A DNA stretch of 64,000 bases from Pseudomonadota bacterium (GCA_021295775.1 JAGWBS010000002.1:31986-95985); one strand, 5' to 3'. Shown: positions 54,070-63,507, counted from the first letter of the stretch. Numbers and translations: made by a program. The notes: a model not told the origin generated them from the letters alone.

Positions 54070-56575
54070 CGTCCTTTCCGCCGCCCGCCGCCTTCCGGAT
54101 CAACCCGAACAGGCTCCGCGCGCTCTGTCCGATCACGCCCGTGACGGCCTGCACCGCTCCCGGGGGAACATAGGTCACACTGAGATTCTCGCGCGGGCCG
54201 CGGATCCGGAAGCTGGTGGCCAGCAGGTTGCCGTCTTTGCCCAGCAGGACGTTGACCACCGGCACGCTTCCGAGCACTCGATCGACGGTGTTCAGGAACA
54301 TCAACGTCACCAGCGCGTCCGTCGGGGCGCCGGGCTGCGTCAACTCGATGCGAGCGTCGGCCACGCCGCGCAGCTCCGGACCCTTCAGATTCAGCTCGGT
54401 CAGATCCATCCGACCCTGCGCCAGCCGCAGGTGAGTGTCGAGGGTGTCGAAGAGCAGCGGCCGGCCCAGCAGGGCGCGCGCGCCCTGGATCGACGGCAGC
54501 CGGGCAATGGCCATGACCCAGGGCAGGCCTCCCAGGGTCCCCTCGGTCGCGTTCAGCCGCAGATCGACTTCGGCGTGGCGGGCATAGGGCGCCCCGCTGC
54601 CCAGCCGGCCGCCCAGCTTCCCGCTGGCCGACAGCCTCCCGGTCAGATTGGCGGGGTCGAGTCCGAAGGCCGGTGCGGCGGCGGAGGCGTCGGCCCCCTC
54701 GACCCGAAGCTGGAATTCGTAGGGAACGCCGCCCTCTTCGGCCAGCGAGAGCCAGCCGCTTCCGGCCGCCTCCCCGCCGGCCAGCAGGCCTTCGATCCGG
54801 CGCAGTTCGGCTCGGGCGCCGCGGGCGTGGACCCAGCCGGAAGGATCCTCCAGCAGCAGTTTCCCCAGCGGCAGCCGCGGCATTTCGAGGCGGCCCCGGA
54901 GCCACTCCTCGGCGGGCTCCGGTCTGGGACTCGCCTCGCCCGGGAGATAGGCCACGTCCAGCCTCAATTCGCCGCTCTGCCGGTTCCAGTCCACGGCGAG
55001 ACTCGCCGGCGCGCCTCCCAGCACCGCCTCGGGCGCCCGCAACGACAGCGCTCCGTCGGCGTAGACGAGCTCGCCGGTCGCTCCGCGCACGGGCAGGACC
55101 GCGTAGGGATGCTGCATCTCCAGCTTGTCGAAGGCCAGCCGGACGCCCGCGGCGGAGCCTTCCTCCGCGCGCGGGGCGAAGCCCGCAAAAAGCCGGGCCA
55201 GTCCCGGCAGCGGGACGCCGGGTTGGACTTCGATCCGGCGCTCTTCCCGGGGGAGGTGGCAGAGCCGCCGCATTCCGGCCAGGCGCAGTGCGATTCGCGG
55301 GCTGGCGGAGCCCCCGGAGACGAATCCCGCCCCCGAGATTTTCAGCACGTCTCCCGAGATCCTCACCTGCCCGGAGACCTGTTCGAGCGGGGGCGCGTCG
55401 TCGAAAGGCCGAAAGGTCGCCCCCGACAGCGCCAGTTCGATCTCCAGCTCGTCGGGGGTCGACTCGCGCCGGAAGGCGAACGTTTCCGCGGCCTGGGCGC
55501 GCGGCACGTCCCAGCGCAGGCCAACTTCGCCGACCCGGCCGCCGGAGATCCGGCGGTTGATCCTGTCCCAGATGGCGAAGCGCGTCCCGAGCGCGGACAG
55601 CGGGTGAAGGCGAGCGCTCGGGCCCGGCACGAACGGGGCGATCGTCAGGTCTCCGAGAATGCGTCCGTCCTCGGCGAAATCGACGGAAACCCGGCCGCGC
55701 AGATCCAGGTCGTCCAGCGTCAGCCGGTCCAGACCGATCTCCAGCAGCGGCCGGCTCCAGTCCACGCCCAGACGCAGCAGCGAGCGCTCGGCCCGGAGCG
55801 GGGATTCGAAGCCGGGCGGCCGGAACTCGGGACCCTCGACCTCGAGCACGGTCGTCACCCGCAGCCGCTCCGGGGAGTGCTCGATCTCGAAGTCCCCGCT
55901 GGCCGAGCCGCGCAGCTCTACCGCCCCCGGCGACAGGCGCGAGAGATCCAGGCGCCGGAGGTCGCCCCGCAGGACCGCTCGGTCGAGCCAGCCCTCGAAG
56001 TTCAGCCGCAGCGCAGTCACCAGGACGCCGCCCTGAAAAAGATTTCCGGCCAGATGGCCGCTGGCGCTGCCCCAAAGCTTCCCGCGCTGGGCCTCGACGC
56101 GCAGGCCGCGCAACTCCAGAGGCTCCGAGGCGCCTCCCCTGCGCCACTCGACCCGCCCGTCCACCACACTCAGGTCGAGCTCGGGAACCGGAGGCGGGGC
56201 CGAGCCCGGGGTCGTGCCCGACAGCCGGACGACGGGCCCCTCCAGCTCCCAGCGCCGCGGAAAGAGCTGTCCGGTCAGAAGCCGCGGCCACGACTGCCGG
56301 CCGACGGCGCGCCGGACCTCGAACGCGGCCGGTTCGTCCCCCGCGGCGTCCTGCGCGCGGGCCCTCAGCTCCCGGAGTTCCAGCTCGACCCCGGCCTCCA
56401 GGCGCAACTCGAGGGCGCCGATCTCGACGCGCAACCCGAACATCCGGGACAGCAGCGCCTCCGCCAGTTCTTCGCGCGGAGGCAGCGCGAGCAGGCTCGA
56501 GCCGGCGATTCCCGCGGCCAGCAGCAGCGCGGCGAGCGCCAGCAGGCGTCTCCTGCGTCGCCCCGTTTCGGCCAT
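54017..56575 (-). CDS. AsmA-family / large periplasm-spanning envelope-biogenesis protein
   Basis: Start trimmed to ATG at 56575 (MAETGRRRRRLLALAALLLAAGIAGSSLLAL, an N-terminal anchor). About 852 aa of beta-rich sequence. The C-terminal region resembles an AsmA_2-like domain (RGPELRGVADARIEL...DGNLLATSFRIRGPRENLSV). Confidence 0.65.
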   Translation of the reverse strand: MAETGRRRRRLLALAALLLAAGIAGSSLLALPPREELAEALLSRMFGLRVEIGALELRLEAGVELELRELRARAQDAAGDEPAAFEVRRAVGRQSWPRLLTGQLFPRRWELEGPVVRLSGTTPGSAPPPVPELDLSVVDGRVEWRRGGASEPLELRGLRVEAQRGKLWGSASGHLAGNLFQGGVLVTALRLNFEGWLDRAVLRGDLRRLDLSRLSPGAVELRGSASGDFEIEHSPERLRVTTVLEVEGPEFRPPGFESPLRAERSLLRLGVDWSRPLLEIGLDRLTLDDLDLRGRVSVDFAEDGRILGDLTIAPFVPGPSARLHPLSALGTRFAIWDRINRRISGGRVGEVGLRWDVPRAQAAETFAFRRESTPDELEIELALSGATFRPFDDAPPLEQVSGQVRISGDVLKISGAGFVSGGSASPRIALRLAGMRRLCHLPREERRIEVQPGVPLPGLARLFAGFAPRAEEGSAAGVRLAFDKLEMQHPYAVLPVRGATGELVYADGALSLRAPEAVLGGAPASLAVDWNRQSGELRLDVAYLPGEASPRPEPAEEWLRGRLEMPRLPLGKLLLEDPSGWVHARGARAELRRIEGLLAGGEAAGSGWLSLAEEGGVPYEFQLRVEGADASAAAPAFGLDPANLTGRLSASGKLGGRLGSGAPYARHAEVDLRLNATEGTLGGLPWVMAIARLPSIQGARALLGRPLLFDTLDTHLRLAQGRMDLTELNLKGPELRGVADARIELTQPGAPTDALVTLMFLNTVDRVLGSVPVVNVLLGKDGNLLATSFRIRGPRENLSVTYVPPGAVQAVTGVIGQSARSLFGLIRKAAGGGKDDGDEDSGTGEATRPDAP

Positions 56576-56711
56576 CTGCCCGTTCGACTCCCCTGCGGGC
56601 GGAGCGCTTCGACCCTGCCCGCGGCGCGGCGCTCGAACGGCCCCGCGCCGGCTGCGCCCCCGGAACTTCGCACATCGGGCGCTCCGGTGCCGTCCCGCTA
56701 GAGTAGGACGG

Positions 56712-59036
56712 ATGCCCCAGTCCACGGAGCTCCTGCGCGACGTCGGCCGCATCCTCACCCGCAGCCACGACCTGGACGAGACGCTGGCCAACATCGTGCG
56801 GCTGGTGGCGCGCTGGATGCAGGGAGACGCGTGCTCCGTCTACCTGCTCGAGGACGACGACCGCGGGCTGGTTCTGAGGGCCACCCGGGGCCTGCGGCGC
56901 AGCGCGGTCGGCCAGGTGCGGCTGGGGATCGGGGAGGGCCTCACGGGCGCCTGCGTCGCCGCGCGCGAGCCGGTGGCGGTCCCCGACGTAACCCTCGACG
57001 AGCGCAACATCGCGTTTCCGGAGTCGGGAGAGCACCGCTTCCGCTCGATGCTGGCGGTGCCGCTGATCGTCGGCGAGCGGGTGGTCGGCGCGCTGACCTT
57101 CCAGAACGCCCGGGCGCGCGTTTTCGAGAACGAGGAGATCGAGCTGCTGCAGATGATCGCGGCCCAGGTGGCCTCGATCGCGCTCAACGCGCGGCTGCTC
57201 GCCTACGCCTCGAGCCCGCCGGTCGCCGCGCCCGAGGCCGGGGCGCCCGAGCGGCCCGCTCCGTTCGCCCCCTCCACCCTCGTGCGCGCGATCGGCGTCT
57301 CGCCGGGGCTGGCGCTGGGGCCGGTTCACCTGCACATCCCCCCGCTCGACCTCGACCACATGGACTACCGCCCCGCCCCCACGCCGGCGGGGGAGTGGCG
57401 CGCGGTCCTGCGCGCGCTGCGCGAAACCATCCGACAGGTCGGAGACCAGCGCGAGGCCGTCGGCGTGCGCTTCGGCGAGGAGTTCGCCGACGTCTTCACC
57501 ACGCACATCATGATCCTGGAAGACCAGAGCTTCCGCTCCAGGCTGCGGCAGGGAGTGGAGGAGTCGGGCGACGGGTCGCGGGCGCTGACCGAGACCATGC
57601 GGGAGTACTCGCGGGCGCTCGGGAGCCTGCCGGACGCGACCCTGCGCGAGCGCGCGCTCGACATCGAAGACGTGGTGCGTCGCGTGATCGCCGAACTGGT
57701 CGGTCTGCGCAGCCGCACCGCGACGCTGCGCGACGGGGTGATCGTGGTCGCGGACCGGATCGCGCCCAGCGACTTCGTCCTGCTCGAGACCGAGAAGATC
57801 GCCGGTCTGGTCACCTCGCACGGCGGGGCGACCAGCCACGCGGCGATCTTCGCGCGCTCGCTCTCGATCCCCGCGGTCAGCGGCGTGCCCGAACTGCTGG
57901 AGCGCGTGCGTCCGAAAGACGACATGATCGTCGACGGTCTGAACGGTTCGCTGATCGTCGCGCCCAGCGAGAAGCAGCGGAATCGGTTCCAGGGCTATTC
58001 CGAGCGCTACGCCGCCTCGCTGGAGCGCCTGGAGCAGCTCCGCGAGCTGCCCTCAATAACACAGGACGGTGTCGATGTGGGACTGGGCGCGAACATCGGC
58101 GGGCTGTACGACCTCGATCACGTCGAGGAGCACGGCGCGCGCGGAGTGGGCCTGTTCCGCACCGAGGTGCTGGTGCTTTCCGCGCGGGCGATTCCCGACG
58201 AGGAGGAGCAGTTCCAGATCTACCGCCGCATGGCCGAGCGGTTGCGGCCGGATCCGGTGACGATCCGCTGCTTCGACCTGGGAGGAGACAAGCTCGCCCC
58301 GGGGCCGGAGGCCCGCGAGTCCAACCCCCAGCTCGGCTGGCGCTCGGTGCGCCTGCTGCTCGACCGGCCGGACATCCTGCGGGCCCAGTTGCGCGCGATC
58401 GTCCGCGCCAACGCGAGCGGCAATCTGCGCATCCTGGTGCCGATGCTCACCACGCTCGAAGAGTTTCGGGCCGTGCGCGAGCGGGTGGCCGAGGTCGCCG
58501 GGGAACTCGACGCCGCCGAGCCGCCGCCTCTGGGCGCGATGATCGAAACCCCGGCGGCCGTGGGCATCGCCCGATTCCTGGCGCGCGAGGCCGACTTCTT
58601 CTCTATCGGCAGCAACGACCTGGTGCAGTACACCCTCGGCGCGGACCGCGAAAACGAACGCGTGGCCGACCTCTACGACCCCTTCCATCCGGCGGTCTGG
58701 GGTCAGATCCTGCAGATCACCGAGGCGGCGGAGCGGGCGGAGATCCCGTGTTCGATCTGCGGCGAGCTGGCTTCCCATCCGCTGGCGGTGCCGCTGCTGG
58801 GCGGTTGCGGACTGCGCGAGCTTTCGATGGCCCCGCTGTCCATCAACGCGATCCGACCGATTGTGCGCGCCCTCCACAGCGAGAAGGCCGGAGCCCTCGC
58901 GCGCGAGATCTGCGACCTGGCGCTCGCCGAAGAGGTCCGGCAACGGGTGCTGGAAACCTGCCGGGAATGGGGGCTGATGAAAGATCCCGAACTGCGACTT
59001 ATCCTGGAGAGCACCGAGGCTTCCCGAAAGCGTTGA
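56712..59036 (+). CDS. ptsP: GAF-domain phosphoenolpyruvate-protein phosphotransferase (EI-Ntr)
   Basis: ATG at 56712 within track ORF 56214..59036. N-terminal GAF domain (ACSVYLLEDD...GEGLTG). Phospho-His motif GGATSHAAIFARSLSIPAV. PEP-utiliser motif IGSNDLVQY. Confidence 0.9.
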   Translation: MPQSTELLRDVGRILTRSHDLDETLANIVRLVARWMQGDACSVYLLEDDDRGLVLRATRGLRRSAVGQVRLGIGEGLTGACVAAREPVAVPDVTLDERNIAFPESGEHRFRSMLAVPLIVGERVVGALTFQNARARVFENEEIELLQMIAAQVASIALNARLLAYASSPPVAAPEAGAPERPAPFAPSTLVRAIGVSPGLALGPVHLHIPPLDLDHMDYRPAPTPAGEWRAVLRALRETIRQVGDQREAVGVRFGEEFADVFTTHIMILEDQSFRSRLRQGVEESGDGSRALTETMREYSRALGSLPDATLRERALDIEDVVRRVIAELVGLRSRTATLRDGVIVVADRIAPSDFVLLETEKIAGLVTSHGGATSHAAIFARSLSIPAVSGVPELLERVRPKDDMIVDGLNGSLIVAPSEKQRNRFQGYSERYAASLERLEQLRELPSITQDGVDVGLGANIGGLYDLDHVEEHGARGVGLFRTEVLVLSARAIPDEEEQFQIYRRMAERLRPDPVTIRCFDLGGDKLAPGPEARESNPQLGWRSVRLLLDRPDILRAQLRAIVRANASGNLRILVPMLTTLEEFRAVRERVAEVAGELDAAEPPPLGAMIETPAAVGIARFLAREADFFSIGSNDLVQYTLGADRENERVADLYDPFHPAVWGQILQITEAAERAEIPCSICGELASHPLAVPLLGGCGLRELSMAPLSINAIRPIVRALHSEKAGALAREICDLALAEEVRQRVLETCREWGLMKDPELRLILESTEASRKR

Positions 59037-59083
59037 CACCCCCGGAGCCGGCCGATAGGTTCGGCAACTCCGCGAAGGATCGC

Positions 59084-59548
59084 ATGCCCGCCCCCTCCGA
59101 AGTCGCCCAGCGCGCGCACCGGCGCCTCTCGGATTACCTGAGCCGGCACGGTCTGAAGCAGACCCGCCAGCGCGACGCCATTCTGGAGTCGTTCCTCGAC
59201 ACGGACGGGCACATCACCAGCGAGGAGCTCTACGAGCGCGTGCGCCGAGAGCATCCGGAGATGGGCTCCGCGACCGTCTACCGCACGCTGAAGCTGTTCT
59301 GCGAGGCGGGAATCGCGAACGCCCATCATTTCCGCGACGGCGTAACCCTGTACGAGCGCGAGGGTCATCACCACGAGCACCTGATCTGCACCGACTGCGG
59401 CGCCATCGTCGAGTTCGAGTCCGAGCTGGTCGAACAGGAGCAGGATCGGGTCGCCAAGAGTCGGGGCTTCGACCTGGTGGGACACCGGCACATCCTGTAC
59501 GGCGTCTGCGTCCGCTCCGACTGCCCGCGCCGTCCGGAAGCTCCCTGA
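59084..59548 (+). CDS. fur: Fur-family transcriptional regulator
   Basis: ATG at 59084 within track ORF 56831..59548. Has TRQRDAILESFL...ITSEELY, SATVYRTLKLF, HHHEHLICTDCG and a C-terminal CxxxxC. Confidence 0.9.
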   Translation: MPAPSEVAQRAHRRLSDYLSRHGLKQTRQRDAILESFLDTDGHITSEELYERVRREHPEMGSATVYRTLKLFCEAGIANAHHFRDGVTLYEREGHHHEHLICTDCGAIVEFESELVEQEQDRVAKSRGFDLVGHRHILYGVCVRSDCPRRPEAP

Positions 59549-59634
59549 GATTCGGGGGCTCGGGGGGTTCGGCCCATCGGGTTCCGGCCCGCCGGCCGGG
59601 TCTGCCCGTGGGGAAAAATTAATTCGATAGAGGT

Positions 59635-59653
59635 ATTGATTTTCATTCTCATT
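59635..59653. promoter_or_regulatory. Candidate Fur box (ATTGATTTTCATTCTCATT) in an AT-rich island between fur and bfd
   Basis: The core TGATTTT-C-ATTCTCA matches the 7-1-7 Fur motif TGATAAT-n-ATTATCA at 11 of 14 arm positions (hand-aligned). It is about 50 nt upstream of the bfd ATG. The surrounding GGGGAAAAATTAATTCGATAGAGGTATT is strikingly AT-rich for this window. Confidence 0.6.
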
Positions 59654-59699
59654 ACGGATAGGCTCCCCCGATCTTCAGCCTGGGCCGGAGTTCCTCCTC

Positions 59700-59915
59700 A
59701 TGATCGTTTGCCACTGCCACGTGGTGTCCGACCGGGAAATCCGACGCGCGGGGCGCGCCGGAGCCACCAGCGTCGGCGACGTCGCCCGCCAGTGCCGCGC
59801 CGCCTCGGGCTGCGGGGGCTGCGCCGAAACGGTCGAGGAAATTCTGAGCGAGTCCGAGGGCGAAGCCTACTCGCGCGATGCCCTGCCGCTGCTCCAGGTC
59901 CACCCGGAGATCTAG
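59700..59915 (+). CDS. bfd: Bacterioferritin-associated ferredoxin-like (2Fe-2S)-binding protein
   Basis: 71 aa. Has the Bfd pattern MIVCHCHVVSDREIRRA...CRAASGCGGC (C-x-C...C-x-x-C). Confidence 0.8.
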   Translation: MIVCHCHVVSDREIRRAGRAGATSVGDVARQCRAASGCGGCAETVEEILSESEGEAYSRDALPLLQVHPEI

Positions 59916-59993
59916 CGAACGGGTCTTGCCCCGCGGGCACCGGCCCTCCCGCATGATACGCCCCTGCCCCGCCGACCCCGGGCCACCGAGGCC

Positions 59994-60848
59994 CTATTCG
60001 ATCAACGAGAGCTGGGCCGGCTCCTCCAGCGGATCGCCAGGGGAACGCGAGGCGGCTTCGCCGTCGCCTTCCGTCGCTGTCGGCTCCTCGCGGAAGGCGG
60101 GGCAGAGTTCGCGGTAGTCGCACCAGCGGCAGAGCGGTCCGGTGCGCGCGGGGTATTCGCTGGCCGCCTCGATCGTGTCGATCAGCTCCATCGTGTCCCG
60201 CCGCAACTGCTCAAGCTGTTCGCTCGAGCGGCGGGAGCGCAACGTCCGGTTCTGGGCCAGGTAGTGCCAGACCAGCTCGACCTCGGCGACGTCTCCGTAG
60301 CTCTGCTCCAGCCCGATCTGGTACAGGGCGAGCTGGCGCTCGCGGTCGATCTGGCGCTGGCTGGGCAGGCGGCTGCCGGTCTTGTAGTCGTGGATTTCGT
60401 AGCGCCCCTCGCCAAAGCGCACGATCCGGTCGGCGATGCCCACCATGCGGTAGCGCCCCTCGGGGTCCAGACTCAGCCGCAGCCGTTCCTCGATGCCCAC
60501 GCTCTCGCCTTCGCTGAACGGATAGTGGGCGCGGTAGTAGTTCTCCAGGCAGTCCGCTCCGCGCTGGCGGTAGTCCTCGGGCGAAATCTCCTGCCGCACG
60601 ATGGTCACCCGGTCGTGCCACTCGCCCTCCCAGGCCTTGGCGTAGCGCTCCAGCACCTGGCGCAGGCTGGGCGGACGTCCGAAACGTCCGACGTGGTGGT
60701 AGAGGCGCTCGAGGATCTCGTGGACGCGCTTGCCCACGAACGCCTCGATCCCTTCGCTGTCCGTCTCGACCTTCTCGACGTACCGGAACGCGAACTTGCG
60801 CGGGCAGTCCTCGTACGTCGACAGGCGGGAGTGGCTGTATTCCGGCAA
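59994..60848 (-). CDS. PD-(D/E)XK nuclease family protein with Cas4/AddB-type Cys cluster
   Basis: 284 aa. N-terminal SHSRLSTYEDCPRKFAFRY. Nuclease core GIADRIV...YEIHDYKTG...QLALY. C-terminal CRWCDYRELC (C...CxxC-x5-C with the N-terminal Cys). Confidence 0.75.
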   Translation of the reverse strand: MPEYSHSRLSTYEDCPRKFAFRYVEKVETDSEGIEAFVGKRVHEILERLYHHVGRFGRPPSLRQVLERYAKAWEGEWHDRVTIVRQEISPEDYRQRGADCLENYYRAHYPFSEGESVGIEERLRLSLDPEGRYRMVGIADRIVRFGEGRYEIHDYKTGSRLPSQRQIDRERQLALYQIGLEQSYGDVAEVELVWHYLAQNRTLRSRRSSEQLEQLRRDTMELIDTIEAASEYPARTGPLCRWCDYRELCPAFREEPTATEGDGEAASRSPGDPLEEPAQLSLIE

Positions 60849-61071
60849 CGGCGGGTCTGCTTTGGGTGGAGCGGAGCGAGGGGAGAGCCAGTATGCGAGT
60901 CCCCCGCCCGGCTCGTCAACGCGAGCCCCGCGCTGGTCCCGCGCCCGATCGCCGACGCCCGCAGGCGGCGCCGGCGCTTCGCGGCGCGCGGGCCGAAACG
61001 CCGTCCGGAGCTTTGAAATTCCCGGGTCTCCGGCCTAGCTTGCTGGGTTCCTGGCTGCGAGGAGAGCGAGC

Positions 61072-61902
61072 TTGACGAGCCCCACCGAGGTGATCGCCCA
61101 GCGGCTGGCGGCGCTGCGCGACCGCGGAGACCCCGTGAGCAAGGGCCGAACGCAGGCCAACCCGGACAGTGCCTGGATCGTCGAGGTGCTGGAGAAGCTG
61201 CGGGCGATCGTGCTGGAGCAGACGCCCGCCGAGCGCCTGGTCTCTGACATCGAAGTCGTGCACGGACTGATCGCGGGCCTGGTGGGCGCCGACAAGTCGA
61301 CCCGCGTGATCGATCAGCTCCCCGACATCCGCCACTGCCTGGCGATGGACGTGGAGGCCGCCTTCAACGGGGATCCCGCCTCCCAGACCTACGCCGAGAT
61401 CATCGCCGCCTACCCCTCGATCTACGCCGTGTCGGCCTACCGGATCGCGCATCCGTTCTACCGGCTCGGCGAGGGGGTGATCGCGCGGGTGATGGCCGAG
61501 CACGCGCACAGCCGGACCGGGATCGACATTCACCCCGGCGCCGAGATCGGCTGCCATTTCTTCATCGACCACGGCACCGGCGTGGTCGTGGGCGAGACGA
61601 CCGTCATCGGCAACCGCGTCAAGATGTACCACGGCGTGACCCTCGGGGCGTTCTCCAACAAGCAGGGGCGCGGCGACGAGGGCAAGAAGCGCCACCCGAC
61701 GATCGAGGACGACGTCACCATCTACCCCAACGCGACCATCCTGGGCGGGCAGACCGTGGTCGGCACCGGCTCGGTGATCGGGGGCAACACCTGGCTGACG
61801 CGCTCGGTGCCGCCCCACAGCCGGGTCCAGACCGAGCCTCCGGCCCTGACGGTCCGGCAGAAGTCCGGCCCTTCCGACGACGCGCTCCGCTACGACATCT
61901 GA
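61072..61902 (+). CDS. cysE: Serine O-acetyltransferase
   Basis: 276 aa with a TTG start. Has DPASQTYAEII, IDIHPGAEIG, FFIDHGTGVVVGETTVIG and hexapeptide repeats. Confidence 0.8.
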   Translation: MTSPTEVIAQRLAALRDRGDPVSKGRTQANPDSAWIVEVLEKLRAIVLEQTPAERLVSDIEVVHGLIAGLVGADKSTRVIDQLPDIRHCLAMDVEAAFNGDPASQTYAEIIAAYPSIYAVSAYRIAHPFYRLGEGVIARVMAEHAHSRTGIDIHPGAEIGCHFFIDHGTGVVVGETTVIGNRVKMYHGVTLGAFSNKQGRGDEGKKRHPTIEDDVTIYPNATILGGQTVVGTGSVIGGNTWLTRSVPPHSRVQTEPPALTVRQKSGPSDDALRYDI

Positions 61903-61904
61903 TC

Positions 61905-62621
61905 TCAGACCGCGTCGTGGAAAATGATCCCGAGCGCCGTGCGGCGGCCGCTGCGGACGCGGCTGAGGCCGTGCTGCACGGAGACCCGCGCCTCTCCGCG
62001 CGCTCCGCGGACGGGCCGCTCGCCACCGGGAAAGATCAGCAGGGCTCCCCGCTCCGGGTTCAGCGCCTCGGCCCGACTCTGCTGGCGGGGGACGTTCTCG
62101 AGCAGCAGGAACTCGCCGCCGGTGAACTCGCGGCCCGGCCGGCTCAGGCAGCAGGCCACCTGCAGCGGAAACCAGAGCGCTCCGTAGCGGTCCTGGTGCA
62201 GCCGGTTGTGGCCGCCCGCGGCGTAGTCCAGCAGCAGCGGCGTGGGCAGACGCTGTCCGCCGGCGTGGCAAAGGTCCAGGAACTCGCGCAGCGAGCCGGG
62301 GTAGCGCTCGGCGCGCCGCAGCCGCTCCGCCCAGCGGTTCGCGATCCTGGCCAGCGGCGGATACAGCCGCCGTCTCAGCTCGTACACCGGCCGCGGCAGC
62401 GGATAGCGGAAGTAGCGGTACTCCCCTTCTCCGTAGTTCCGCCTCGCCATCTCGACCCGCTTGCGGAAGCGCCGGGGCTGCTCCAGCAGCGCCGCGATCT
62501 CCCGGCACTGCCCGGCGGACAGCACGGGCGGCGTCAGCGCGTAGCCGCGCCGGTCGAGCGAGGACTGCAGCGCATCCCAGTCGAGTCGGTCGAGGCGGGC
62601 GCGCAGCGCGGGGGCCGCCAT
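61905..62621 (-). CDS. 2OG-Fe(II) oxygenase superfamily protein (DNA-repair-associated type suspected)
   Basis: 238 aa. HxD in NRLHQDRYG. Distal His and Arg in RVSVQHGLSRVRSGRR. Its start is 2 nt after the xthA stop. Confidence 0.65.
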   Translation of the reverse strand: MAAPALRARLDRLDWDALQSSLDRRGYALTPPVLSAGQCREIAALLEQPRRFRKRVEMARRNYGEGEYRYFRYPLPRPVYELRRRLYPPLARIANRWAERLRRAERYPGSLREFLDLCHAGGQRLPTPLLLDYAAGGHNRLHQDRYGALWFPLQVACCLSRPGREFTGGEFLLLENVPRQQSRAEALNPERGALLIFPGGERPVRGARGEARVSVQHGLSRVRSGRRTALGIIFHDAV

Positions 62622-62622
62622 C

Positions 62623-63387
62623 TCAAACGTCGAGTTCGAGGCCGATCGGACAGTGGTCCGAGCCGTGGATCTCGGGCTGGTGGAAGGCGCGGCGCAGGGC
62701 CGGGGCGAACTCGACGTTGACGCAGAAGTAGTCGATCCGCCAACCGATGTTGCGCTCGCGGATGGTCGGCCGGTAGCTCCACCAGGTGTAGTGCCCCGGC
62801 TCGTCGCAGAAACGTCGGAAGGCGTCGACGTAGCCGTTCTTCAGGAAGCGCTCCATCCAGGCGCGCTCCTCGGGCAGGAACCCGGCGTTGTTCTGGTTCT
62901 GCTTGGGGTTGCGCAGGTCGATCGGTCGGTGCGCGATGTTGTAGTCGCCGCAGAGCACCAGATTGCGCCCCTCGCGGCGCATGCGGTTCAGCCGCCGGGT
63001 GATCGCCCGGCAGAAGCTCAGCTTGTAGTCCAGCCGGGCGTGTTCGCGCTGACTGTTGGGGAAGTAGGCGTTGATGAGGGTGAAGTCGGGAAACTCCGTC
63101 ATCAGCACCCGCCCCTCGCGGTCGAAGTCCTCCCGCCCCAGGCCGTAGGTCACCGACAGCGGCTCCTGTCGGGCGAAGGTCGTCACCCCGCTGTAGCCGC
63201 GGCGTTCGGCGGGATGCCAGTAGGAGCGGTAGCCCAGCGGGTGGAGCAACTCGTCGTCGAGCTGTTCCGGGTGCGCCTTGACCTCCTGGATGCAGACCAC
63301 GTCGGGCCGTTGGCTCCGCAGCCAGTCGGCGAAGCCGTTGCGCCAGACCGCTCGCACCCCGTTCACGTTCCAGGAAAACAGCAGCAT
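62623..63387 (-). CDS. xthA: Exodeoxyribonuclease III
   Basis: 254 aa. Has SWNVNG, CIQE, GDYNIA, WWSYR and SDHCP motifs of the EEP/ExoIII family. Confidence 0.9.
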   Translation of the reverse strand: MLLFSWNVNGVRAVWRNGFADWLRSQRPDVVCIQEVKAHPEQLDDELLHPLGYRSYWHPAERRGYSGVTTFARQEPLSVTYGLGREDFDREGRVLMTEFPDFTLINAYFPNSQREHARLDYKLSFCRAITRRLNRMRREGRNLVLCGDYNIAHRPIDLRNPKQNQNNAGFLPEERAWMERFLKNGYVDAFRRFCDEPGHYTWWSYRPTIRERNIGWRIDYFCVNVEFAPALRRAFHQPEIHGSDHCPIGLELDV

Positions 63388-63507
63388 CCGCGCCGAGCTT
63401 GCGGCAAGCTCCGCGGCCGCGCAAGACGACGGGCGGGCGGTTCTCGGCTAGACTCGCCGCCCGGTCGGCCCTCCCCGGGGCCGGCGCGGAACAGTCGGGA
63501 GAGCAGC

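Noticed and set aside
53736-57839. 1367-aa minus-strand ORF, the second-longest in the track
   Set aside because: It overlaps the AsmA-like gene in another frame and is antisense to ptsP. Composition is dominated by R/G/P/A runs. The competing frames carry clear family motifs.
61044-61058. Sigma-54-like element TGGGTTCCTGGCTGC (GG-N10-GC spacing) upstream of cysE
   Set aside because: It lies only about 14 nt before the TTG start, so the RBS (GAGGAG) would be excluded from the transcript. The flanking bases match the consensus poorly, and such motifs are common by chance in GC-rich DNA.
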